This document shows, piece by piece, positions 51,369 through 59,991 of a DNA stretch of 64,000 nt; position 1 is the stretch's first letter, and each line of letters begins with the position of its first letter. The translations under genes and the position numbers were made by a program. The notes under the pieces were generated by a model. The model saw nothing but the letters and a program-made list of their open reading frames with translations, ran no database searches and had not been told where the DNA came from. The stretch lies in assembly GCA_017609175.1 (NCBI GenBank), contig JAFCEJ010000002.1, positions 2,782 to 66,781 on the forward strand, in the 5' to 3' direction. The DNA is from Candidatus Pacearchaeota archaeon (GTDB taxonomy: Archaea > Nanobdellota > Nanobdellia > Pacearchaeales > GW2011-AR1).

Positions 51369-51705
51369 AGGAATTGTTAATTTTTCAGATTGGGAGAAAT
51401 TGGATTTGAGAGTCGCTAAAATAAAAGAAGTTGAAGAAATTGAAGGTGCTGATAAACTTTACAAATTAACTTTGGATGTTGGTGCAGAGATTGGTGAGAG
51501 AATTGTTTGTGCTGGATTAAAACAATATTATTCCAGAGAGGATTTGAAAGGGAAAAAAATAATTTTGTTTGTGAATTTAGCCCCACGAAAAATGCGTGGG
51601 ATTGAAAGCCAGGGAATGATTTTGGCCGCTGTTTCAGAAGATGAGAGTCAAGTTGTGTTAATTTCTCCTGAGAAAGATATTGAAATTGGGAGTAAAATTA
51701 GGTGA
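51361..51705 (+). CDS. stand-alone tRNA-binding domain protein (Trbp111/CsaA/MetRS C-terminal domain-like)
   Basis: DLRVAKIKEVEEIEGADKLYKLTLDVG...IVCAGLKQYY...LKGKKIILFVNLAPRKMRGIESQGMILAA; overlaps the metG stop by 8 nt (ATGGTTGA). Confidence 0.85.
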   Translation: MVEGIVNFSDWEKLDLRVAKIKEVEEIEGADKLYKLTLDVGAEIGERIVCAGLKQYYSREDLKGKKIILFVNLAPRKMRGIESQGMILAAVSEDESQVVLISPEKDIEIGSKIR

Positions 51706-52149
51706 TTATTTAGAAGATAAAAACTGTTTTGTTGTGTTAATGAATTTTTCGAGATTATTTGCGTATTCTTTTAATTTATCTAAGTTGATATTTATTTCTT
51801 GTCCTTGATAAAAAACTTTTAATGTGACATTTTTTCTGAATTCTCCGATTCGTTCTTTTCTGAGTTCTTCAATTTTTCTGAACATTTCATACATATCTAT
51901 CACTTTTAAGAAATTTTCATCTTTTTTGAATAATTTTTTGACCGCTTCAATTTTTTTTACAGGACTCGTAGGAATTGAAGAAATCTTTTTTTTCTTTTTT
52001 GCATGTTTTAATATCTTGTCTATGGCTATTTCAATCATTCTTCTCCAACGAAGAATTAAATTGATAATAACATCGCATGTTTTTGTATATTTCAAACTAA
52101 CATAAAGTAGGTGGTCTGCGCTAATTTTTTCTTGAATTATTTTTTCCAT
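51706..52149 (-). CDS. helical protein of unknown function (paralog of the 52234-52737 product)
   Basis: 147 aa. Shares DHLLYVSL / DHMIYVTF and C-terminal LDKLKEY / LDKTKEF blocks with the upstream gene. Confidence 0.4.
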   Translation of the reverse strand: MEKIIQEKISADHLLYVSLKYTKTCDVIINLILRWRRMIEIAIDKILKHAKKKKKISSIPTSPVKKIEAVKKLFKKDENFLKVIDMYEMFRKIEELRKERIGEFRKNVTLKVFYQGQEININLDKLKEYANNLEKFINTTKQFLSSK

Positions 52150-52233
52150 TTTTTAACCTCTTTTTCCAGAAATTTGATAAGATTTAATAGGGAAATAGCA
52201 TTTTTATATTTATCTGCGATTTTTGGCAATTGG

Positions 52234-52704
52234 TTAATATAGTTTTTTTATGGTTTCTCTGGTTTTTTTTAATAGGTTTTTGCTCATAATTAGAAATTCT
52301 TTTGTTTTATCGAGGGTAATTGTTGCTGGTTTGAGATTTTCTGAAAGAATTACGACTTTTTCTTCTTTTACAAATTCAAACGGGCTTTTTTTATGTTTTT
52401 CAGCTAAGTCTAAAAGTTCTATAATTAATTTTATTTCCTGTTCTGTGATTTGATAGCGCGGAGCACATTGTTGTATGAATATTCTCAAATTTGTTTTTGC
52501 ATCTTTTGTCAAATTTATTCTTTTGTAAAGATATTCGTATTGGAGAATTGAATTTATAATGTTTAAAATTGCAATGTTTAATTCTGATAAAATCTTCAAT
52601 AGTAATCTTTTATCTTTAATTAGTGGAAATGTTACATAAATCATATGGTCAATTGTTTGGATTTTTTCTTCTGCTATTTTTAAATATTCAATAAACTTTT
52701 CCAC
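52234..52704 (-). CDS. helical protein of unknown function (paralog of the 51706-52149 product)
   Basis: ORF open to a TTG at 52737, but that part lies inside repeat copy B. The GTG at 52704 aligns with the ATG position of copy A. The first ATG is further in, so the start is uncertain. Confidence 0.4.
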   Translation of the reverse strand: MEKFIEYLKIAEEKIQTIDHMIYVTFPLIKDKRLLLKILSELNIAILNIINSILQYEYLYKRINLTKDAKTNLRIFIQQCAPRYQITEQEIKLIIELLDLAEKHKKSPFEFVKEEKVVILSENLKPATITLDKTKEFLIMSKNLLKKTRETIKKLY

Positions 52705-52710
52705 TCTAAA

Positions 52711-52847
52711 ACAACCAAGGTTTTCTTTAACTCCCAACCCCGCTCGAAGTTAATTTATTTTTTCAACTCGCGAAGTTGCTCGGACTTTCCTTTGAGTTAG
52801 ACTCAAGGCTGATATTTAGAAGTATTTGAATTAGATAAGGTTTTTGG
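52711..52847 (-). repeat. copy B of the duplicated promoter/leader module
   Basis: 52719-52815 aligns with 35853-35947 (about six differences); weaker similarity extends through a TATA-like box (minus strand AAACCTTATCTAA). Confidence 0.8.
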
Positions 52848-52931
52848 TAATATTTTATATTATTAATTTTCCTGTAAAAATTTGAAGTATGTTAATTTAA
52901 TTATATAATATTATCTTGTTTTATTAGATTT

Positions 52932-53270
52932 TTACTCACTTAGTTCTAAAATAGCTTCAGCCAAATCTCCACCGACTTCTTCTAATTTTTTTCTAACTAG
53001 TTCTGCTGGTTTTCCTGTTTTTTCCATTACTTGTTTTATGTCATCTTCTGTAAATTTTTCTGCTTCTTCTGTTCTGACATCACCTGAAACTTGAAAACTA
53101 TCTTGTCCTTGGATATTAATTCTGATTACTGAGGGGTTTTCAATAATGATATTTGTGCCATCAGTCTTTTCAATTGTGACTTTTGATGCGTCAATTTCTT
53201 CTTGGCTCATGCCCATTTGTTTCATGAGCGCTTGCATCTTTTTTGGATTTAAATTAAACATCGTACCCAT
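52932..53270 (-). CDS. nac: nascent polypeptide-associated complex protein (archaeal NAC)
   Basis: 112 aa; MFNLNPKKMQALMKQMGM N-terminus, NAC beta-barrel (IIIENPSVIRINIQGQDSFQVSG), C-terminal UBA-like KKLEEVGGDLAEAILEL. Confidence 0.85.
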   Translation of the reverse strand: MGTMFNLNPKKMQALMKQMGMSQEEIDASKVTIEKTDGTNIIIENPSVIRINIQGQDSFQVSGDVRTEEAEKFTEDDIKQVMEKTGKPAELVRKKLEEVGGDLAEAILELSE

Positions 53271-53425
53271 TATCCTAAAAACACTGGTAAGAAAATTCTG
53301 AACAATATAACCAGAATTATAAATGCAATTACATGGACTGGTTTTAGATTTATTTTGCTTGCATATTCTTCATTATATCTCATTAACCCGCCGAATCCAG
53401 CAGGCACATGTATGTTTTCTGCCAT
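53270..53425 (-). CDS. secG: preprotein translocase subunit Sec61-beta (archaeal SecG)
   Basis: 51 aa, MAENIHVPAGFGGLMRYNEEYASKINLKPVHVIAFIILVILF: the AGL.RY..E....I.P..V pattern plus a C-terminal TM. The stop overlaps the nac ATG (TAATG). Below the ORF-track cutoff. Confidence 0.7.
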   Translation of the reverse strand: MAENIHVPAGFGGLMRYNEEYASKINLKPVHVIAFIILVILFRIFLPVFLG

Positions 53426-53502
53426 CTTAAGACACCTACGGTTTCTTGACGTTCAACTTCCCTTAGATTGGGGTCACGCCTGATTATGAAAGAATGGGAA
53501 GG

Positions 53503-53510
53503 TATATAAA
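53503..53510 (+). promoter_or_regulatory. TATA box candidate for valS (leaderless or near-leaderless mRNA)
   Basis: TATATAAA ends 22 nt upstream of the valS ATG at 53532; no Shine-Dalgarno in between. Confidence 0.4.
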
Positions 53511-53531
53511 TATTTTTATTGTTTTTTAATT

Positions 53532-55796
53532 ATGGTGGATGAGAAAAAAATAATTTCTTTTTGGGAGAAAGAAGGAATCTATAAAACCAATTTGGAAAAG
53601 AAGAAAATATTTTCTGTTGATACTCCTCCTCCAACTGTCTCCGGAGCAATGCATATTGGGCATGCTTTTTCTTATGCACAGCAAGATTTTATTGTTAGAT
53701 TTTGGAGGATGAAAGAGGGGGTTTTTTATCCTTTTGGAACTGATGATAATGGTTTGCCAACAGAAAGACTGGTAGAGAAATTGAATAATGTTAAGGGTAA
53801 AGAGATGTCTCGTTCAGAATTTATTAAATTATGTTTGAAAACTTTGAAAAAAATTACTCCAAGTTTTATACTTGCATGGAAGAATCTAGGAATTTCTGCA
53901 GATTATGATCTCTTCTATTCAACTATTGATAAGAACTCTCAGAAGATTTCGCAGACTTCTTTTATTGATTTATTTAGGGCAGGAGAAATTTATCAAAAAG
54001 ATTTTCCTACAATCTGGTGTCCTGAATGCCAGACTGCGATTGCACAAGCAGAATTGGAAGATAAAGAGTCTTCTACATTATTTTCAACATTAAAATTTTC
54101 TTGTGATGGTGAGGATTTGCTAATTGCAACAACTCGTCCAGAATTGCTTGGAGCATGTGTTGCTGTCTTTGTGAATCCTAAGGATAAGAGATATAGTAAT
54201 TTAATTGGTAAAAAAGCAAAAGTTCCTTTATTTGGTTTTGAAGTTCCAATTCTTGCTGATGAATCTGCAGATATTGAAAAGGGAACTGGCGTTTTAATGG
54301 TTTGTTCTTATGGAGACAGGTTTGACGTTGATGCAATTAATAGACATCATCTAAAACCAAAAATTATCTTGAATTATGATGGAAGTTTGAATCTTAAAGG
54401 TTATGAAGGGTTGAATGTTAGGGAAGCTCGGAAAAAAATTCTTAAGGATTTGGAGAATGCAGGTTTGATAAAAGAGCAGAAACAGATTTCTCATATTGTT
54501 AATGTTCATGATAAATGTGGGACTGAAATTGAATTTTTGCCGACACAACAATGGTTTATTAAGATTCTTGATAAGAAAAAAAAATTAATTTCTCAGGGTA
54601 AGAAAATTAAATGGTATCCTAAATTTATGTTTAAGAGATATGAAAATTGGGTTAATGGGTTAGAATGGGACTGGTCGATTTCTCGTGATAGGCATTTTGG
54701 AATTCCGATTCCTGCGTGGTATTGTAAAGAATGTGATAAAGTTATTTTAGCTAATAAAAAAGAACTTCCAATTGATCCTTTGCAGGTTAAGAAAAAATGT
54801 CCAAAATGTGGCAAAATTGCAGAACCAGAACAGAAAGTTTTAGATACTTGGGCAACTTCTTCTATGACACCTCAGATTGCTTTATCTTTAATTGGTAGGG
54901 AAGTTAAAATTCCTTTTTCATTAAGACCACAAGGGCATGATATTATCAGAACTTGGGCATTTTATACTATTGTAAAATCTTACTTGCACGAGAAAAAAAT
55001 TCCTTGGAAGAATATAATGATTTCTGGAAATGTTTCTCTGAAAGGAGAGAAAATGTCAAAGAGCAAAGGAAATGTTGTTAATCCAGAAGATGTTTTAGAG
55101 AAATATGGGGCTGATGCATTGAGATTTTGGGCAGCAGGTTCAAAGCTTGGTGGTGATTTGGACTACCAGGAAAAAGATTTGATGACCGGAAAAAAATTTG
55201 TGAAAAAGTTAGAAAATGCCTCAAGATTTGTTTTTATAAATTTGAAAGGATATTCTCCTAAAAAAACTGAATTACTTGAAACAGATAGATTATTTTTAAG
55301 TCAAATTAATGATTTAATTGAATCTTGTACAAAGAACTTTGAGGATTATGAATATTCTAAGGTAAAGGCAGAAGTTGAGAATTTTTTTTGGAAGAAGTTT
55401 TGCGATAATTATCTAGAACTTATTAAGTTTAGGGTTTATAATGGTTCAAGACAAGAAAAAGAATCTGTATTCTATACCTTATATAATTCTCTTTTAATAA
55501 TTTTAAAATTAATTGCCCCAATAATGCCTTTTGTTACAGAAGAGATTTATCAGGTTTATTATAGGAGAAATGAAAAAGAAAAGAGTATTCATATTTCAGC
55601 TTGGCCTGAGAAACTTAAAATATGTAAAAATAAGAACGATAAAAAGATTTTTGAAAAAATAATGAAATTCAATTCAGAAGTTTGGAAAAAGAAAAAAGAA
55701 GCTGGAAAGAGTTTGAGGGCAGAAATAAAAATCAAAATTCCTAAAGAACTAGAAGATTATAAAAAAGATTTGATTGCTATGCATAATATTGTTTAG
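53532..55796 (+). CDS. valS: valyl-tRNA synthetase
   Basis: 754 aa; VDTPPPTVSGAMHIGHAFSYAQQDFIVRF...GTDDNGLPTE and KMSKSKGN. Confidence 0.95.
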   Translation: MVDEKKIISFWEKEGIYKTNLEKKKIFSVDTPPPTVSGAMHIGHAFSYAQQDFIVRFWRMKEGVFYPFGTDDNGLPTERLVEKLNNVKGKEMSRSEFIKLCLKTLKKITPSFILAWKNLGISADYDLFYSTIDKNSQKISQTSFIDLFRAGEIYQKDFPTIWCPECQTAIAQAELEDKESSTLFSTLKFSCDGEDLLIATTRPELLGACVAVFVNPKDKRYSNLIGKKAKVPLFGFEVPILADESADIEKGTGVLMVCSYGDRFDVDAINRHHLKPKIILNYDGSLNLKGYEGLNVREARKKILKDLENAGLIKEQKQISHIVNVHDKCGTEIEFLPTQQWFIKILDKKKKLISQGKKIKWYPKFMFKRYENWVNGLEWDWSISRDRHFGIPIPAWYCKECDKVILANKKELPIDPLQVKKKCPKCGKIAEPEQKVLDTWATSSMTPQIALSLIGREVKIPFSLRPQGHDIIRTWAFYTIVKSYLHEKKIPWKNIMISGNVSLKGEKMSKSKGNVVNPEDVLEKYGADALRFWAAGSKLGGDLDYQEKDLMTGKKFVKKLENASRFVFINLKGYSPKKTELLETDRLFLSQINDLIESCTKNFEDYEYSKVKAEVENFFWKKFCDNYLELIKFRVYNGSRQEKESVFYTLYNSLLIILKLIAPIMPFVTEEIYQVYYRRNEKEKSIHISAWPEKLKICKNKNDKKIFEKIMKFNSEVWKKKKEAGKSLRAEIKIKIPKELEDYKKDLIAMHNIV

Positions 55797-55894
55797 ATGA
55801 AGTACAATAATTTTATATATTCTTTTTTTCTTTTAGGAATATAGCTTATTTAATAAGTTATTTATAATTAATAAGTATTGAAAGGAGGTGCAAA

Positions 55895-56833
55895 ATGAAA
55901 AAGAATTTTATTGTAATTGCGAGTGTTGGGTTAATTCTATTGATGACTTTGAGTATTGTTAGCGCTGGATGGTTTACAGGGCATGCAACAGTAAAAGTAG
56001 GAGATTCTGTTAAAAAATATTTAAGAAGAGGAAAAGTTTTTACTTTTAGATTTGATGGTGAGGATAGAGAATATGCTTTGTTTGTAAAATATTTCAAAAA
56101 TAAAGAAGTAAATTTTAGAATTGGAACAGAAGAAACAGGGTTTTTGAAAAAAGGAGAGAGTTATACTTTTTCAAATTATCCAGTAAAAATTACTGTAGAG
56201 AAAGTTATTGGAAGCAGATTTGTTAAAGTAAAGATTGAGAGAGTTATGAGAGCTGAGAAAGCTGCTAGTAGTTCTTGGCGTAGATCTCATTCTGTTAAGA
56301 GTCTTACCTCTGCTGCAGGGGTACACTTTTCTACAACTGTTTCTTTTGAAGAAGGGGCTATTACTAAAACGATATCTAAACATAGGAGAAGATACATTGG
56401 TAATTATTGGGACTGTATAGAGTATAGTTATGATGAGGAGGCGGGGTGGTCTCATAAAACTTCTAGAAAGGCAGAAACAACTGGAATTAATAAAGAAATA
56501 GCAAGTGGTCTTGGTTGTGAATATGATACTGCAAGAACAGGAGAATTTTGCTATTGGGACCCTGATGTGTGTGGTGTTGGTGGATGGGCTGTTGGAACCT
56601 GGAGAGATTTAGAATCAGGAAAAGTTGTTTTAAGCACAGATCTTTATGATGAAGAGAGTTCTGGGGATGATCCAGCATATATTACAATGGTGCGGCTTAG
56701 TACATTTGTTGATGGAGAAACTCGTAATGATGGAACAAAGGTTCTGCTTCCAGGGAATTCGGATATTCGTCGTAATGGTGTAATGTCTTCTATTGAGAAT
56801 ATAGCATATTATTTACGTAAACCCAATAAATAA
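55895..56833 (+). CDS. secreted or membrane-anchored protein, unknown function
   Basis: AAGGAGGT Shine-Dalgarno 6 nt upstream. N-terminal hydrophobic signal (FIVIASVGLILLMTLSIVSA). The Trp/Cys/Gly-rich C-terminal half is compositionally unlike the neighbours. Confidence 0.45.
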   Translation: MKKNFIVIASVGLILLMTLSIVSAGWFTGHATVKVGDSVKKYLRRGKVFTFRFDGEDREYALFVKYFKNKEVNFRIGTEETGFLKKGESYTFSNYPVKITVEKVIGSRFVKVKIERVMRAEKAASSSWRRSHSVKSLTSAAGVHFSTTVSFEEGAITKTISKHRRRYIGNYWDCIEYSYDEEAGWSHKTSRKAETTGINKEIASGLGCEYDTARTGEFCYWDPDVCGVGGWAVGTWRDLESGKVVLSTDLYDEESSGDDPAYITMVRLSTFVDGETRNDGTKVLLPGNSDIRRNGVMSSIENIAYYLRKPNK

Positions 56834-56917
56834 TAATTTTTCTTAATTTCTTTTTTTCTTTTTTCTTAATTTTTTATTTAGCAAAAAATTTATAAGTATC
56901 TTTAATGGGGCTGTTCT

Positions 56918-57820
56918 ATGAAAGGTAATAATGGAACATTATGGCTTCCCCATGTTCATACAAGATTTTCAGATAGGTATGTTTCGCCTACTCTTGAGAA
57001 GGTTATAGATATGTGTTTGAGGTATCAACAGAACAATTCTGATAAAAATTTAATGTTGTGTATAACAGATAGTAATCATGCAGAATACATACCTTATCTT
57101 TTAGACAATAAAAATAAATTGCAGAATAAATATGGGTGGAAGATAGACGATTTAGATAATATTGCTTTTGTTATTGAAGATGATTGCAATAAGATGTATC
57201 TTTTAAATGGTATTGAGGGACATACTAAAAAAGGTCATTTACTTGTTGAAGGGTTTGATATTAATAACAGGAAAAATATTGAGAGTGTATTTCATAATAA
57301 AACTTTAAATTTTGAAGATCAAATTAAAAGAATTAAGGAATCTGATGGAGACAATTTAATCATTCTTCCACACCCATTTAATGTAAATGTTGGCGGTGCA
57401 ATAAAAAATAAAAATATTGAAAAGATTGTTTTAGACTTTTATAATAAAGGATATATTGATGCAGTAGAAGAGTTTAATGCGATTAATCAACCATTTTTTA
57501 AAAATTCCAATGAGCAAACAAAATATTTCTGTACAAAATATGGTGTGAGGGGGATATATTCTTCTGACAGCCATCACTCAAGTCAAATCTTTTTGGCATA
57601 TACTCTTCTTAAAAATATTGATTTTAGTAATAGGGGAAAGTTACTTTCTTCGATAAGAGATTCTTTAAGAAATTATGATTATCAAAATGAAGGCGATGGA
57701 GCAAGCAAATTTAATTTTATTTATACTATGTTGTTAAGAAGAGTGCTTTCTCCTTGCGATATTATTACTCTTGTCGGATTAGGAATTAAGGCTACATATA
57801 ATACTATTAAAAACGAATAA
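56918..57820 (+). CDS. PHP-domain metal-dependent phosphoesterase-like protein
   Basis: PHP-like His/Asp motifs in order: LPHVHTRFSD (HxH), ITDSNH, GIEGH, LPHPF, SSDSHH (DxH). Confidence 0.55.
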   Translation: MKGNNGTLWLPHVHTRFSDRYVSPTLEKVIDMCLRYQQNNSDKNLMLCITDSNHAEYIPYLLDNKNKLQNKYGWKIDDLDNIAFVIEDDCNKMYLLNGIEGHTKKGHLLVEGFDINNRKNIESVFHNKTLNFEDQIKRIKESDGDNLIILPHPFNVNVGGAIKNKNIEKIVLDFYNKGYIDAVEEFNAINQPFFKNSNEQTKYFCTKYGVRGIYSSDSHHSSQIFLAYTLLKNIDFSNRGKLLSSIRDSLRNYDYQNEGDGASKFNFIYTMLLRRVLSPCDIITLVGLGIKATYNTIKNE

Positions 57821-57932
57821 TAATCTTTTTCTAAGTAATTTTATAAACCCCCCTGTATTTTTTGATTTATGACAAACAACAAAATTAAAATTTCGAGCTT
57901 TCCCCTGTGAAGGCTATATAGCATAAAAACAG

Positions 57933-59024
57933 ATGGGAGATGAAGTAAAAAAACAAGAACTTGAAGAACTTATTGAAAAATTGAGCGGGATTCGTGGACG
58001 GCATACCGAATTAATTACTGTTTATATCCCTGCTGGATATAATGTGAATTCTGTTCAAAAACAGCTTGAGGCTGAAAAATCTACTGCAAAAAATATTAAA
58101 TCCACTGCAACGAGAAAAAATGTTATTGATGCTTTGGAAAAGATTGTCAGATTTTTGAAAGATTTTAAAAAGACTCCTGAAAAGGGTATGGCTGTTTTTT
58201 GTGGGAATGTTTCTAAAGTTGAAGGGCAACAAGATTTGCAGTTATGGAGTATTGAGCCGCCGCTACCATTGAAAATGAGGCTTTATAGGTGTGATAAAGA
58301 ATTTGTTTTAGATGCTTTGAAAGAGCAATTAGAGGTTAGCGATGTTTATGGCTTGTTAGTTATGGATAGGAAAGAAGCGACAATCGGTGTTTTAGAAGGG
58401 AAGAGAATTGAAGTTTTGCAAAAAATGACTTCAGGTATTCCGAGCAAGATTCGGGCCGGTGGTCAGAGTTCTCAGAGATTTCATCGGATTACAGAAGGTT
58501 TGACTAAGGATTTTTACAAAAGAATTGCAGAAGAAATGAAAAAGATTTTTTTTAATATGAAAAAATTAAAAGGTATTTTAGTCGGCGGGCCTATTCCTAC
58601 AAAAGACGAATTTTTAGATGGAAATTATCTTGTTACAAAACTCCAAGAAAAGATTATTGGAAGGGTTGATATTGGTGATGCAGATGAGTCTGGATTGAAA
58701 GAGCTTGTTCAGAAATCGCAGGATGTTCTTTCTGAGCAAGAAAGTATCAAAGAAAAGAAACTTCTAGAAAAATTCTTTGATGCCCTTGGACAAAATCCTG
58801 ATAAGGTATTTTATAATTATGATGATATTAAAAAGGCATTAGAATATGGGGCTGTTGATATTCTGATTTTGTCAAAAAAGCTGAAAAAAGATGTTTCTCA
58901 CGAATTAACTAAAATGGCTGAGAATACTGGTGCAATTGTTGAAATTGTTTCAACTGAGACTGAAGAAGGCGAGCAATTTTATAATTTGTCTGGAATGGGA
59001 GCCCTATTAAGATTTAAGATTTAA
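57933..59024 (+). CDS. prf1: peptide chain release factor aRF1
   Basis: NIKS motif (TAKNIKSTATRKN), YxCxxxF (LYRCDKEF), GGQ (RAGGQSSQRF). Confidence 0.9.
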   Translation: MGDEVKKQELEELIEKLSGIRGRHTELITVYIPAGYNVNSVQKQLEAEKSTAKNIKSTATRKNVIDALEKIVRFLKDFKKTPEKGMAVFCGNVSKVEGQQDLQLWSIEPPLPLKMRLYRCDKEFVLDALKEQLEVSDVYGLLVMDRKEATIGVLEGKRIEVLQKMTSGIPSKIRAGGQSSQRFHRITEGLTKDFYKRIAEEMKKIFFNMKKLKGILVGGPIPTKDEFLDGNYLVTKLQEKIIGRVDIGDADESGLKELVQKSQDVLSEQESIKEKKLLEKFFDALGQNPDKVFYNYDDIKKALEYGAVDILILSKKLKKDVSHELTKMAENTGAIVEIVSTETEEGEQFYNLSGMGALLRFKI

Positions 59025-59025
59025 A

Positions 59026-59424
59026 ATGAAAATACTTTTTATATGCAAACACAATAGATTCAGAAGCAAGGTTGCTGAAACAATTTTTAATTCTTTAAAT
59101 AAAAATCCAAATATTAAAGCAGAGTCTGCTGGTTTGGTTTTAGATGAACTAAGACCCTATATAGAAATGAATGTGATAAATGCAATGAAAGAAAAAGGGT
59201 ATGTAATCGAGGGAAAACCAAAACAAGCTACTAGGGATTTTGTTAAAAAGTTTGATTTAATTGTTGTAGTTGCTGATAATCTTGATGAAAAATTTTTTTC
59301 AGATATTGGAGTAAAAATAATGAAATGGAAAATTTCTGATTGCGATGCTTCTGATATTAAATCAATAAAAGAAATAATAAATCAGATAGAGGATAATGTG
59401 AAAGATTTGATTGAAAAAGTTTAA
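59026..59424 (+). CDS. low-molecular-weight protein-tyrosine phosphatase / ArsC-like
   Basis: ILFICKHNRFRS active-site loop (CX5R-S) at the N-terminus; 132 aa; starts 2 nt after prf1. Confidence 0.8.
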   Translation: MKILFICKHNRFRSKVAETIFNSLNKNPNIKAESAGLVLDELRPYIEMNVINAMKEKGYVIEGKPKQATRDFVKKFDLIVVVADNLDEKFFSDIGVKIMKWKISDCDASDIKSIKEIINQIEDNVKDLIEKV

Positions 59425-59448
59425 AATCTAATTCTTGTTAATTAATCC

Positions 59449-59988
59449 ATGGCAGAGGTGACAAGTAAAACTGCCTCTGAAATTGATGAGGCAAAAGAAA
59501 AAGAGGATTTAAAAAAATTAGAAGCTGTGTTTTTTGTTTCTGGCAGGTTTCTTACTATGCAGGATTTAATTTCCCACACTGATTTAAATCCGATAATAAT
59601 TAAGGAACTGATAGAAAAGCTTCAGGAAAAATATGATAAAATTGATTCTGCAATGGAGATAGTTGAAAAAAATAATATGTGGAAAATGGATGTTCGAAAA
59701 GAATACGCTGATATAATCAATAAATTTGCGACTGGTTCTTCTGAGTTTAGTAAAGCAGAGCAAGAAACTTTGGCTATTATTGCATATAAACAGCCTATCA
59801 AACAATCTGTTATAATTAAGATTCGTGGAAATAAAGCCTATGATCATATTAAAAAATTTGTTGATTTGGGTCTTATTAAAAAAAAGAAAATAGGGCATAC
59901 ATATGAGCTAAGTTTAAGTGATGAATTTCATGATTATTTTGGTATATCTAAACACAATAATCCTTTAAAAGGGAAAAGTGAAGAATAA
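59449..59988 (+). CDS. scpB: segregation and condensation protein B
   Basis: LEAVFFVSGRFLTMQDL and SKAEQETLAIIAYKQPIKQSVIIKIRG tandem wH pattern of ScpB. Confidence 0.8.
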   Translation: MAEVTSKTASEIDEAKEKEDLKKLEAVFFVSGRFLTMQDLISHTDLNPIIIKELIEKLQEKYDKIDSAMEIVEKNNMWKMDVRKEYADIINKFATGSSEFSKAEQETLAIIAYKQPIKQSVIIKIRGNKAYDHIKKFVDLGLIKKKKIGHTYELSLSDEFHDYFGISKHNNPLKGKSEE

Positions 59989-59991
59989 GTT

